Program-made: the position numbers and the translations under genes | Origin: a virus | Strand: one strand, 5' to 3' | IMG/VR virus record: IMGVR_UViG_3300040801_002290 | Location: 1 to 64,000 of that record | Length of the DNA: 64,000 nt | Notes under the pieces: generated by a model | What the model saw: only the letters and a program-made list of their open reading frames with translations | Told to the model about the DNA's origin: nothing | Databases searched by the model: none | Shown: positions 34,280-43,920 of the stretch, in pieces | How positions within the stretch are numbered: position 1 is the first letter of the stretch | Layout: each line of letters opens with the position of its first letter

Positions 34280-34400
34280 AAAAACGGTGACAAGGACTGT
34301 GTATCCTCGACACCGTTAGAGTAACATATGTATCTTAGAGTAGGATGAGAGGTCGGTGTTTTTCGCCAATGAAGTAACCGAAAACTCTGGCTGCTAAGAT
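34280..34400 (-). ncRNA. candidate Y RNA 2 upstream of ro60
   Basis: GCAGCCAG-N11-ACTTC motif shared with the YrlA at 10.4 kb; hairpins; 3' boundary uncertain. Confidence 0.5.
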
Positions 34401-34482
34401 TTTTAAAATTGGTTTACCCCGAAGGGCCGGTTTGCGGGCTGTTTACGAATGCCTGCGAGTGTAAGCATACAAGAGACTACGA

Positions 34483-34600
34483 TGGGGTTGCAAAAAAAGT
34501 TGCAGGGCTTACTTCCAACCCTCGCCTATAGTGAGGAATCTCCTCTCCATGAGTGACAAGTTTCTGTATGAAGTAGGCAACCCCGTGGCTGCTTTGCTCT
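34483..34600 (-). ncRNA. candidate Y RNA 1 upstream of ro60
   Basis: GCAGCCAC-N10-ACTTC; bulged stem GTTGC-CTACTTC/GAAGTAAG-GCAAC; TG-TACTAT promoter upstream; U-run. Confidence 0.55.
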
Positions 34601-34625
34601 TACAAGACGTATAGTAGCATATTCT

Positions 34626-34961
34626 CTACTCTATGTCAACCCCTTCGTGCTTTTGGTTGATTTTTTCTGCCAGCCCGGACAAAAGCTCTCGCTCTCTTTT
34701 GGTAAGTTTAGGATAAAACCCCACCAAAACACTAGACTTTTTATTGGTTAGGAAGTAGACTCTCTTCTTAGGAACCTGTGGTATGACGGTTTTTAAAAAC
34801 TGGTCAACGCTTGAGAGCCCCAGTTTGTGGGTCCACTTAACCTTTTTGAAAAGCTTGTTATCTGAGTTCTCGGTTCCCTCTGGATGAATTTCGGTTATGA
34901 AGTAGGTAGTACCCTCATCAGAGTCAAGACTGTACTCGGTTATGTTTCTACTTTTACCCAC
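34626..34961 (-). CDS. hypothetical protein
   Basis: 111 aa ORF. Confidence 0.65.
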   Translation of the reverse strand: MGKSRNITEYSLDSDEGTTYFITEIHPEGTENSDNKLFKKVKWTHKLGLSSVDQFLKTVIPQVPKKRVYFLTNKKSSVLVGFYPKLTKRERELLSGLAEKINQKHEGVDIE

Positions 34962-34969
34962 AGTAGCCC

Positions 34970-35239
34970 CTAGTTTGGCTGCTTAGGTAGAAGCTCTTCT
35001 TCCGATTCCTGAGCTTCCATCTTAGCAAGCATGTCCGAGGCTTGAGAGACTATCTCATAGCCAAGAACGGTTTCTATTGATGCTATAGCGATGTTGTTGT
35101 TCAACAGCGCACTAGCACTAGCTACATCTCCGTTTGAAGCTGATACTGCAAACATTCGATTATGGCTCTTTAACATCTGCTTTACCTGTTTCAAAAGAAA
35201 CACACTACTATCTAGGTAGTCTTTAAAATCTTTTTCCAT
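34970..35239 (-). CDS. hypothetical protein (probably leaderless)
   Basis: TAGAAT-N5-ATG. Confidence 0.7.
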   Translation of the reverse strand: MEKDFKDYLDSSVFLLKQVKQMLKSHNRMFAVSASNGDVASASALLNNNIAIASIETVLGYEIVSQASDMLAKMEAQESEEELLPKQPN

Positions 35240-35244
35240 GAGTT

Positions 35245-35307
35245 ATTCTAACCTGACCTTTCGTGAGAATGATGTGCTAACTTTTCTCATCGTCTATGTG
35301 ATATACT
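35245..35307. promoter_or_regulatory. back-to-back divergent pair of TCTCA-class promoters
   Basis: Minus copy 35245-35276 (TAGAAT) directly abuts plus copy 35277-35307 (TATACT). Confidence 0.72.
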
Positions 35308-35333
35308 AACATATATTTAGATTGGGGACAACT

Positions 35334-35987
35334 ATGAAGCTAATACTGGAGTCTGACTTCTCAGACTACTACGACTACCAATTCGACGTAATAAAGACCC
35401 CAAGCGTACACCACATATATCGACGTAGCTCAAGGGACAGAACTCCTAGACTTGAGCTACTTAGTTATGTACGTGAGCAAATGGGTCTTTTGGTACCTGA
35501 ATTCGGAACTGTAAGAGAAGTGTCAGAGCGAGTAAGGTTTGATAAGTCAGGTAAACATCTAGTAGTTTACACCAACGAATTTTCTCACTTTGGAGACGGA
35601 AAAGAGAGAGTGGGTTTGAAAAGCGCGTTAAGTAGATTCCCACTCAAACCGTGTACTCTTTATATGCATCCCGACGAAAAGGCGCAGTCCTTCAAGTACG
35701 TGGCCGTGGGTCACGACATAAGATTTTTACTTCGATACACATCTAACCACGAGTGGAAATCTAACGTTGGTGACGTATCTATTGAGTTGGTTGAGTACAA
35801 GGGAGACAAACTTGTCTCTCATCATTACCCAATGTTTTCAATAGACTTTGTTGTGTCTAACGGGATTCCTTACGCCGTAGATTTTAATTCCTCTCCCAAA
35901 TTAATGGGAACACCGATTGAGGAACTTTTAGAGCCAGAAGAACTAATAGAGGAGATGAAAAGATGGATGATAGACTCGATGTCATAG
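35334..35987 (+). CDS. ATP-grasp-like protein
   Basis: C-terminal FSIDFV...YAVDFNSSP resembles the ATP-grasp metal-binding strands. Confidence 0.55.
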   Translation: MKLILESDFSDYYDYQFDVIKTPSVHHIYRRSSRDRTPRLELLSYVREQMGLLVPEFGTVREVSERVRFDKSGKHLVVYTNEFSHFGDGKERVGLKSALSRFPLKPCTLYMHPDEKAQSFKYVAVGHDIRFLLRYTSNHEWKSNVGDVSIELVEYKGDKLVSHHYPMFSIDFVVSNGIPYAVDFNSSPKLMGTPIEELLEPEELIEEMKRWMIDSMS

Positions 35988-36535
35988 AGAGCCACGACAG
36001 CATTTTCGATGTTGAGGCAGACATGATAGTAAACCCAGTAAACTGTAAAGGCATCTCTGGTAAGGGATTGGCCTTGGAATTTAAGCATAAGTTTCCAGTG
36101 TGTCAGGCTAAATACGAGGAAATATGCAGGAGGGAAATATACATTAATGACCCAACTGGAACAAGGCGAAAGGTTCCAGCATTTAGACCGGGAGATATAC
36201 TTCACTTCATAGAGATAAGCAGAGATAGAATACCCAAGAATATAGCTGAAATGTCCCCCGAAGAGATTGATGGGCTACTTAGCAAGAGGCAGCACATAGT
36301 GTATCTGCCAACCAAAAATCACTGGAAGAACCCCTCTAAGTACGAATATGTGAGGGCCGGTCTAAAGTCCCTAAGGCAACTTTTGGATAAGGAAGGTCTA
36401 GAGGGAGTTCAGACCATAGCCATTCCAGCTTTGGGATGTGGTCTCGGTGGACTTAACTGGGAAGAGGTAAAGACTATTATTTTGGAGGAGTTGGGAAATA
36501 GCGGAAAAACTTTGATTCTATTTCCTCCAAAGTGA
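35963..36535 (+). CDS. macrodomain ADP-ribosyl hydrolase (DarG-like)
   Basis: IVNPVNCKGISGKGLALEFK, PTK.HW..PS, IPALGCGLGGL.W. Confidence 0.88.
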   Translation: MDDRLDVIESHDSIFDVEADMIVNPVNCKGISGKGLALEFKHKFPVCQAKYEEICRREIYINDPTGTRRKVPAFRPGDILHFIEISRDRIPKNIAEMSPEEIDGLLSKRQHIVYLPTKNHWKNPSKYEYVRAGLKSLRQLLDKEGLEGVQTIAIPALGCGLGGLNWEEVKTIILEELGNSGKTLILFPPK

Positions 36536-36572
36536 CTTCGTTTTGTTCTGGTGGCCTTTGGTATAATGTGAC

Positions 36573-36764
36573 ATGCCAAAGCAACCAGAAGACCTAGCTC
36601 TCATCATGCAGAACTTAATCAACGACGAAGACCTAGACCATCTCTCTCTAAAGGATTTAAGAAATATTCTCTTAAACATACAGCCTGTAATAAACTCCGA
36701 AGACGAAGAGTCGGAAGAGGATGAGGCACTAGAGGAAGAAGAAATAAGAAGATACGTACTTTAG
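36573..36764 (+). CDS. small acidic protein (probably leaderless)
   Basis: TATAAT-N5-ATG. Confidence 0.65.
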   Translation: MPKQPEDLALIMQNLINDEDLDHLSLKDLRNILLNIQPVINSEDEESEEDEALEEEEIRRYVL

Positions 36765-36773
36765 GAGCCTATA

Positions 36774-37679
36774 ATGGCTGACAGATTTGTAAGAGCAATA
36801 CCAAAAACTGTAGACACATTACTTTTGGGTGAAAGATACCCGAAATTAATTCTATCTCCCGAGGGAGACCTGGTTATAACTGATGTTTCGGAAGAAAGCT
36901 TTCTTTCCGGGCTAGACGGGTCAACTCCCGCTATAGAACCCTCTGACGACCTACCTGTTACTTTGGGAGTAGACTTTGACACCTGTATCTTTCTTTCATA
37001 TGCAAACAAGAACACGATAGTTAAAAGAAAGATTCCCGCCCCTGAATTAACGGACGGGGGGCTGTCTGGTGGGAGTCCAATTTTGTCGTGGACTAATGCT
37101 TTTGATATCCCCACCCTTATTTATAGAACAGATATTTACTTAACCGGCGCTCCAGCAACAGAATTCACGCTCATTGCTCAAATTCCAGGAACATCCACCC
37201 CAGGAGGAACAGTAGAGTACACAGATTCTTCTATCACACTCGCAGATGAGAATGATTCCGTATCCTATCTTGTAAAGAACAGGAATGGGTCTTCCAATAT
37301 AATAGAATTTACTGGTGAAATTATAGCTGAACTTACAGTTGTGTCTACAAACCCACTAGCGGGAGGTAACATTAACTTCGACTTCTTTGGTGGAACACAG
37401 AGTACTCCCATAGTAGTTACTTTCAGTGAAAATATTTCTGCTGTCAATACAAACCTTATAACCTTAGACACTAATACCACACCAGCGGATTTATCGGGTG
37501 CGGATTTTGACGTGGTTGGAAACACCCTTACCATTGACAACGCATCTTCGATTCCTGGAGCAACAGATGAATTTACTCTTACTATACCGCCAGGAGCAAT
37601 TGAAGGAGACCCAAGTGGAGCATTACTAAATTCGGATTTTGTTGTTGTTTTTGTTGGAGTAGGAACCAGCCCATTTTAA
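36774..37679 (+). CDS. Ig-like/FN3-like beta protein, possibly virion-associated
   Basis: T/G/S-rich beta strands, VTFSENI, TLTIP.GAI (SbsA Ig-like pattern). Confidence 0.65.
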   Translation: MADRFVRAIPKTVDTLLLGERYPKLILSPEGDLVITDVSEESFLSGLDGSTPAIEPSDDLPVTLGVDFDTCIFLSYANKNTIVKRKIPAPELTDGGLSGGSPILSWTNAFDIPTLIYRTDIYLTGAPATEFTLIAQIPGTSTPGGTVEYTDSSITLADENDSVSYLVKNRNGSSNIIEFTGEIIAELTVVSTNPLAGGNINFDFFGGTQSTPIVVTFSENISAVNTNLITLDTNTTPADLSGADFDVVGNTLTIDNASSIPGATDEFTLTIPPGAIEGDPSGALLNSDFVVVFVGVGTSPF

Positions 37680-37784
37680 TGTGGTAAAAAGAATTAATGT
37701 CCCAGACCCCCAAAACCCAAGCCCACCTACCTCTCTCGGCATTCATCTGAATGCTCGGGAGAGTTTTGCTATATTGGAGACCCA

Positions 37785-38447
37785 ATGAAGAAAGGAATTA
37801 GCATTCTAACCGTTTTGAAAAAGTACGAGCTTAACGAAAAGCAAATGCTTGCAGTCGAAGCAATCAGAAACAACAAAATAGTTGTTCTGAGGGGCAGAGC
37901 AGGAGTAGCCAAAAGCTTCACTTCTGTCTATGCTGCCATGAAGTTGCTATCGGATAAAACGGTTGAAAGGATTGCTATCACAAGGCCCCAGATTGCAACA
38001 GAGAAAATGGGCTTTCTTCCAGGGGAGATAGAGGACAAGTTTGACCCCTACCTCTCCCCACTAATCAGTTTCTTCAATAAATTCGGAGATGCGGGAAATA
38101 ATACCTTTAACTCTTTGGTAGTAGCGGAAAAAATTAGAAGGGCTCCCATTGCCTTCATGCGTGGAAGCACAATCGAAGACGAGATTATGATTGTGGACGA
38201 AGCCCAAAATATCTCCCCAGAGCAGATGCTTATGATTCTAACCAGAATTGGAAGGGGAGGGAAAATAGTTATTAATGGTGACGAGATGCAGGACGATTTG
38301 AACGCTGGATTCACGGGACTGGATTACGTAATTGCTCTTTCCAAGAGACTCCCTTACATCCAATGCGTCGAGTTGACTGAAAATATGAGAGACGATATCA
38401 TTAACGATATTGTAGAAAATTGGCTGCCACCGTCTGCAAACGCTTGA
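37785..38447 (+). CDS. phoH: PhoH-family ATPase
   Basis: GRAGVAKS, ITRP, MGFLPG, FMRGST, VDEAQN, LTRIG, GD..Q.D. Confidence 0.95.
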   Translation: MKKGISILTVLKKYELNEKQMLAVEAIRNNKIVVLRGRAGVAKSFTSVYAAMKLLSDKTVERIAITRPQIATEKMGFLPGEIEDKFDPYLSPLISFFNKFGDAGNNTFNSLVVAEKIRRAPIAFMRGSTIEDEIMIVDEAQNISPEQMLMILTRIGRGGKIVINGDEMQDDLNAGFTGLDYVIALSKRLPYIQCVELTENMRDDIINDIVENWLPPSANA

Positions 38448-38472
38448 TTTTAGTTCTTTAAAGGGGTATAAT
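38444..38472 (+). promoter_or_regulatory. sigma70/sigmaA-type promoter
   Basis: TTGATT-N17-TATAAT. Confidence 0.6.
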
Positions 38473-38500
38473 GTGAGGGAAGTCCTACAAAAGGGCTTCT

Positions 38501-38532
38501 CTCATGTTTTTCATATGTGCTGAGAGTACAAT
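38501..38532 (+). promoter_or_regulatory. phage TCTCA-class promoter
   Basis: CTCA-N4-TTTCA-N13-TACAAT. Confidence 0.68.
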
Positions 38533-38557
38533 GGGCACACAGTAAGAGGAGAGCAAA

Positions 38558-38920
38558 ATGATTCAATTTAAACTATCTAAGAGAACCGAGTCTCTAAAGC
38601 CCTATCTACAGGAGTTGCTACTATACAGCGGTATTAGCAACGTAACCGTGGAAGTCGGGTCCGAAAAAACTAGAGAAGACACCTTATTCATCAACGAGAA
38701 TGAGTGCGACAGTCTTGAGGATGTACTAGCTAAGTTTGCACTGGCTATATACGACGAAAGAGTACACAATAAGTGCCTAAAATCTTCTGTCGTGTCATTG
38801 TCTGCTAAGCACGGTAAGTCGGCTGAGAAAATAGCCTCCGTAATAGAACGGGCTATAGAGCCGACCTCTTTCTTTACGCTGGAAAGGTACCCAATCAATG
38901 CTACACATCAAAACGGATGA
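38558..38920 (+). CDS. hypothetical protein
   Basis: 120 aa ORF, AGGAG RBS. Confidence 0.7.
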   Translation: MIQFKLSKRTESLKPYLQELLLYSGISNVTVEVGSEKTREDTLFINENECDSLEDVLAKFALAIYDERVHNKCLKSSVVSLSAKHGKSAEKIASVIERAIEPTSFFTLERYPINATHQNG

Positions 38921-39341
38921 ATCAATCTGGGAATATTCTGGCAAAGAAAACTTCATAGTACTCCCAATAACAAAACATGTAAGAAAAGATGGCGGTTTGG
39001 TGTTTGTAAACGACGAGACCAAAGAGGCATCAGAGAAGTTCCCTGACTTGCAAAAGGTCTGGGGGTACTTCGTTGAGAATGGTATTCATGTACCCACCTA
39101 CAGGAGAAGTAACCTTAACCTCATTGGAGCAGTAGACAGAAACCATTACGCTTCAAATCCAGATGAGGAAACCGTAGAGCAGTCTCTATACTTACTGAAA
39201 GAGACCTCTGATAATAACCCCAATTACCTGTTTTATCTACAAGGCCCGTTGGGTGGAGACAAGTTCTCGGAGTTAAATTACAAAATACTGAACAGCGATA
39301 GGTTCATTCTTTTGGAAAGGGTAGAAAATGTTGAAGTGTGA
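38898..39341 (+). CDS. degenerate macrodomain-like protein
   Basis: IVLP....VRKDGGLV...A..KFPDL...G resembles the macro fold N-terminus. Confidence 0.45.
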   Translation: MLHIKTDESIWEYSGKENFIVLPITKHVRKDGGLVFVNDETKEASEKFPDLQKVWGYFVENGIHVPTYRRSNLNLIGAVDRNHYASNPDEETVEQSLYLLKETSDNNPNYLFYLQGPLGGDKFSELNYKILNSDRFILLERVENVEV

Positions 39342-39774
39342 GGTTTGCGGAAAAGAGTTTGAGAAGAAAAACACCAGGGGCAGGCCACCGAAAATTTGTT
39401 ACTCCTGTAAAGGCAAGGTAGAGGAGCGGCATAAGCAGAACCGTGAAGCCAGAGAAAAGGCTGGGGATAACGGGCTGACTGTGGTACCAGTGTTCGAAAA
39501 GATTTCTTCCCCGGAAAACCTATCCCGTGGAGACTTGGTTTATGCTCTTCCGACATTCACGGAGAAGGATATCATTCGTAGAAGGTTTGCTATGGAGTAC
39601 AAGGTACTATCCATAGACGGACTTATGGTAGAGGTAGTGAGAAACATAAAGTCTAGCTACAAGCAGTACCCGGTAGAAGTAGATTTTTCTCGTCTGTATC
39701 AGAAGTCTGGGGTCGAGTATCTAGACATTGGCTCAGATAATGTTATAATGGAAACCGAAGGGATTGATGAATAG
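39328..39774 (+). CDS. zinc-finger protein
   Basis: CEVCGKEF...GRPPKICYSC. Confidence 0.8.
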   Translation: MLKCEVCGKEFEKKNTRGRPPKICYSCKGKVEERHKQNREAREKAGDNGLTVVPVFEKISSPENLSRGDLVYALPTFTEKDIIRRRFAMEYKVLSIDGLMVEVVRNIKSSYKQYPVEVDFSRLYQKSGVEYLDIGSDNVIMETEGIDE

Positions 39775-40079
39775 TGGAAAATAATCAACCAGATTTTGTA
39801 TTTAACCTAGCCATTCCGGTCTTTAAGCCGTCAGAGCAAGAAGTCGAAGTAATGTCAGACCCAAGAAACGTGGAGCCATTCTTTAGTAAGCTCCTGGAAG
39901 AGGGTTACCTTACTCCGGAAGAATTGGCTGCTTTTATCAGGTTTGCTCTACAGGTATCGGGTGTAACGCCATTCCTGTTGGACGAGTTCCTAAAAACCTA
40001 CAGACAGCATGGAGTGGAGGCGACCAAAAAGGTAGACATTCTAAAGCCTACCGGACCCAAAATAATTGTACCAGGATAA
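39774..40079 (+). CDS. hypothetical protein
   Basis: 101 aa ORF; start codon uncertain. Confidence 0.65.
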   Translation: MENNQPDFVFNLAIPVFKPSEQEVEVMSDPRNVEPFFSKLLEEGYLTPEELAAFIRFALQVSGVTPFLLDEFLKTYRQHGVEATKKVDILKPTGPKIIVPG

Positions 40080-40410
40080 GGAGGTAGACATGCTTAGGAC
40101 CCAGGACTATTATAGACATCATGTATCCAGGGTTACTAGAAACCGAAACCACCTTTGGAATGATTCCAAAAGAGAAGAGTACTTTAACTCAGTCTCTAAG
40201 GGAAAAGAATTCTACATAATAGGGTATCCTGAATCTACCACTAGATTCTCTAAAACCAAACCGTTTGATTGTGGTGTGCCTGGATGCCCGTGCTGCCACG
40301 AAGATAAACTAAAGAAGCGCCGCTTTTGTATAAACGACGCTGCTGTTAGTAAATTTTTAGATGAATGGGGCGTTGAGACTCCGGAAGAATTCCTTACAAA
40401 TCAATTTTAA
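40066..40410 (+). CDS. small basic protein with CxxxxCPCC
   Basis: DCGVPGCPCCH; probable start MLRT after GAGG. Confidence 0.65.
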   Translation: MYQDKEVDMLRTQDYYRHHVSRVTRNRNHLWNDSKREEYFNSVSKGKEFYIIGYPESTTRFSKTKPFDCGVPGCPCCHEDKLKKRRFCINDAAVSKFLDEWGVETPEEFLTNQF

Positions 40411-40963
40411 CACTTTCTCTACTGCCGATGTAATCAATGAGTTGAAAAATCATCGGCAGTTTTTTATTGCTTTGTAAAAGTTTATTCGGGCTAAACCTAC
40501 CTAAATGAGAGGAAACGCATTCCATAATCTCATCGTATACCCTCTTCTCTATAAACCTATCAGCATCTGCGTTGAACGGAAACATATATTCTACATATAC
40601 AGGGTGCAGAGGGTCGGTGTAATTTAGAGTTCTGGGTGGTATACCCCTAGAAAAGGAATCGTGCAATATACACGCGGAAATTAGAACATCCCTCTCCCAA
40701 GCATTGAGATTATAAAATCTAACCATATGCTCTGTAAGACGAATTAATCTTCTTACATGCAGGACCAACCCACCAGGCTGTCTTTCATCTTTGGGATGAT
40801 ATTTGCTGTTACTGGCAGGGACCTCCCAAAAGTAGTCTGGGAATCTGTCTATTGAGGAGATTAGAAACTTCTTTATGTTTCCATCTGTCAGCTTTTCAAG
40901 CTCTCCCTCTATGTGGAGCTTGCTTATCTCTCTTAGTTCCATGTTAACCTTTCTATAAGTCAT
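40394..40963 (-). CDS. HD-domain phosphohydrolase
   Basis: PASNSKYH...GGLVLH...ILHD...H.G. Confidence 0.85.
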   Translation of the reverse strand: MTYRKVNMELREISKLHIEGELEKLTDGNIKKFLISSIDRFPDYFWEVPASNSKYHPKDERQPGGLVLHVRRLIRLTEHMVRFYNLNAWERDVLISACILHDSFSRGIPPRTLNYTDPLHPVYVEYMFPFNADADRFIEKRVYDEIMECVSSHLGRFSPNKLLQSNKKLPMIFQLIDYIGSRESVKIDL

Positions 40964-42884
40964 TGAATGGAAGAACGTCAGAAAGGCGCAGTGTTTTTCC
41001 GGACTCTTTTAGTGTTCTCCAGGAGCCTAAGCCTGTGGTCATAGAATTTAGAGACTCCTGATAGGCTGCCTTATCGTCTTCTGTGGCAACTTTATTCTTT
41101 ATTCTTTGTTCTACATTGTTAGTTGCAGAAGTTCCAGCACCCAAAACATCTCTGTAGGGCCACTCATACTTCAAGATTCTAACCATTCTAGCTAGAGCAT
41201 CGCTAATATCTTTTGTCTGCCCCTCTATGTGGTCTATCTTAGGGGGATTTTTCGTTCTATCTTCTCTAAGGTTTCTTAGCTCCTCATAAACAATAGGATG
41301 CCATGGGAAGTCTATTCCACCGTTAGATTCTTTGGTACCTTTTCCGTTAGAGGGAGGAGCTTCACCAAAAATAGCATCCCTAAGAGCGGTATAGTCTTTG
41401 TAGTCTACAATACTTCTGTCATAGACTATCACGTTCTTATACGTTTTTGAAATCCACTGTGTTAGAGAAATGCTATTCCAACCATCGAAGGAAAAGATTC
41501 TTATATTATAACCCATTCTTTCCTTAAGTTTCTTTATTAGATTCTCAACCGCAACCATCTGCACTTGTCCCTCTTCGAACATTCTGCCCGTAAATCTAAA
41601 GGCAAAGTCGATAACGGGTCTTACGTACTTTCTTCCATCCTCGTCGGTTATCATCTCTCGGTGACCAAGACATATTCCATAACCGTCTCCACCATTGGCT
41701 TCGCTTCCAAGGGCTGGGTCTCCGGTTAGAACGTAATAGAAGTTTGGGTTACCGTACTCTTTAATGGGAATGTCATAAGGGTCTAAAACCTGTAGGACAT
41801 CGTTGGAGTCTTTATATTGAGATTCAGACATGGGGGCGGCTCTCCACTCATCGTGGGATTCCTTATTCCACCATAATTCGCTTCCCACCGGCTGGGGGTC
41901 ATAGGGAAGTGGCCAGTCAATAATCCACGGCCTAGTCACATTCATGGCATTCTTTATTCTTCTCTGGTCTTTTAGCCAAGAGTCAACGAAGGAGCCAGAA
42001 TCCTCAGAGCCATACATACAGGCAGCCTTCTCTGGGTTTTCGTTGTAGTAGGTTTGGAAGTCGTCTTTGGACAGAATTGGGTGAAATTCCCAAGACGCAT
42101 AACGTTTTGCGTAAACGTGGTCAAGCCCTCTAGCTTTACTGTAATACTCCATAATCTTACCTGAGGAACCTACATACCTCCGGTAAGAGATTACCATAAT
42201 CTTTTCTTTACCACGAAATCTGGACTGGGAGGAAGTACGAAGAGTGTTTACAATCTTCTCTACTCCGTGGAATTCAACATCATCAACCTCGTCTGCAAGA
42301 GCCATTAAAACGTCGTATCCTTCGATACCACCGGCCCTACTGTTTGCAGAGATAATATGAATATTCTGAGGGAAAGTGATGCTGCTTGCCTGAATGTCAT
42401 TAACTGGGTCAAAGCCAAAGTTCTTAAAAGCTTTGTTACCAGAGGCTCGGATAATATTCTTTAGTGGTTCGAAGAAGTTATCCTGAGCCTGCTTAGCGTT
42501 AATAGCAACGTTGATGAATGTTAAAGCCTTAGCCCGGTTATGGTTAAGGTATTTGTGAGCATCATACATGCATAGAAGCTTATATGCTGCGTAAAGGAAA
42601 AGAATACCGGAAGACCAGTTCTTTCCCCCACCCTTACCTACGAAAAGGACAAAGAAGTTTATTCCATTTTCGAAGTCAGAAGCTTTCTCAATGAATTCCT
42701 TCTGAGCCTCAGACATTCCCCACATCCCCTGATTTAGATAATCCGGGCTGTATACAAATGTCTCAAGGTCAACTGGCTCTATTCTATAAACCTCACCAGA
42801 GGCTTCCTTTACGGCGTGTTCTCCACGACGCATAAGATTACCCCACTCGGAAGTCGCCTTAAAAGCCTCCTTCTTCTTAGGCAT
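40953..42884 (-). CDS. terL: terminase large subunit
   Basis: GKGGGK Walker A, LADEVD Walker B, ISYRR, GDPA, SFDGWNS, KDISDA nuclease acidic residues. Confidence 0.88.
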   Translation of the reverse strand: MPKKKEAFKATSEWGNLMRRGEHAVKEASGEVYRIEPVDLETFVYSPDYLNQGMWGMSEAQKEFIEKASDFENGINFFVLFVGKGGGKNWSSGILFLYAAYKLLCMYDAHKYLNHNRAKALTFINVAINAKQAQDNFFEPLKNIIRASGNKAFKNFGFDPVNDIQASSITFPQNIHIISANSRAGGIEGYDVLMALADEVDDVEFHGVEKIVNTLRTSSQSRFRGKEKIMVISYRRYVGSSGKIMEYYSKARGLDHVYAKRYASWEFHPILSKDDFQTYYNENPEKAACMYGSEDSGSFVDSWLKDQRRIKNAMNVTRPWIIDWPLPYDPQPVGSELWWNKESHDEWRAAPMSESQYKDSNDVLQVLDPYDIPIKEYGNPNFYYVLTGDPALGSEANGGDGYGICLGHREMITDEDGRKYVRPVIDFAFRFTGRMFEEGQVQMVAVENLIKKLKERMGYNIRIFSFDGWNSISLTQWISKTYKNVIVYDRSIVDYKDYTALRDAIFGEAPPSNGKGTKESNGGIDFPWHPIVYEELRNLREDRTKNPPKIDHIEGQTKDISDALARMVRILKYEWPYRDVLGAGTSATNNVEQRIKNKVATEDDKAAYQESLNSMTTGLGSWRTLKESGKTLRLSDVLPFNDL

Positions 42885-43555
42885 TAGTTAACCTCTTCTA
42901 AAGTCCTGCTTGCTATCTTGCCACCATCTGAGTCCCAGTAAAACATAACGTCTTGACTAGATAGAGACTCAAGGACTCTCTTGGCTTCTGGGTCCGCGTC
43001 TAAAGCCCTCTGAATTTTTCTATAAAGGGTTGGGTCCTCTTGCCTTAGTATGTCTGTTACTACCTTAACGTAGGACACCTCACGCTGCACATCAAGCACT
43101 TGAGAGAATAGGCTAATGTACCCCTCAAGGTGTTTCTGAGCCCCGGCGACAAGACTGGCCATCTTCTGTGCGTTGGAGTACCACTGAGACAGAAGAGCGG
43201 CGTTTTCTCCCTTGTTTAGTGCTTCGATTCCCTCTTCCGAGATTACCTTAGCAATTTTTTCCCTAAGCATCTCTGAGACAATACCAGTAAAAGCCAACTC
43301 CTTAGCAGAATGGTGAACACTCTGAAAGTAGTAGCTTATGACATTTAGGGGGTTAAAGTCATCAGACATGGCAAGAGCTTCAAGCTTCTCGTCATTAAAG
43401 TTTTTTAGTTTGTGGTCTCTTAAAAACCTATATACCTGGGTATAGGGTACCTGTAAGTCTTCTGAAATCTGCTTTTGATTATAACCTTTTATATAAAACA
43501 ACTCTAAAACTTTGTCTGTTAAGTTTCTTTCTACTAATTCTTTGTGACGCATCAT
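42884..43555 (-). CDS. putative terminase small subunit (N-terminal HTH)
   Basis: HTH GYNQKQISEDL; directly upstream of terL with 1-nt overlap. Confidence 0.6.
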   Translation of the reverse strand: MMRHKELVERNLTDKVLELFYIKGYNQKQISEDLQVPYTQVYRFLRDHKLKNFNDEKLEALAMSDDFNPLNVISYYFQSVHHSAKELAFTGIVSEMLREKIAKVISEEGIEALNKGENAALLSQWYSNAQKMASLVAGAQKHLEGYISLFSQVLDVQREVSYVKVVTDILRQEDPTLYRKIQRALDADPEAKRVLESLSSQDVMFYWDSDGGKIASRTLEEVN

Positions 43556-43920
43556 CTATCTCCTGGGGTGTTGACTCCACAAACCCAATGTCTTTTTCCC
43601 TCGTTAGATGACGGCACCAGTTCAAATACTAACTCATTCTCCTTCTCAACAATCTTGTTAACTCTCCAAGTGGTAAGCCACTCGGCAAAAGAAAAGGTGT
43701 CACCTATATCTAACCATCTGAAATCTTCTACATTCAAGTATTGAACATTGAAGTTCTCTTCCAACCCTCTTTCTTTGATTTCGTATTTTATGAATCTTCT
43801 GAGGTTTGAGTAATGTACGTTATATTTTTCAGCTATCTCGCTCATGTTCATCTCACGCTCAAGATAGTCTTTCATTATTAACTCTGAAAATGGCCTAAGC
43901 TTCTTAAATCTTCCGTTCAC
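43552..43920 (-). CDS. HTH DNA-binding protein
   Basis: MSEIAEKYNVHYSNLRR. Confidence 0.65.
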   Translation of the reverse strand: MNGRFKKLRPFSELIMKDYLEREMNMSEIAEKYNVHYSNLRRFIKYEIKERGLEENFNVQYLNVEDFRWLDIGDTFSFAEWLTTWRVNKIVEKENELVFELVPSSNEGKRHWVCGVNTPGDR

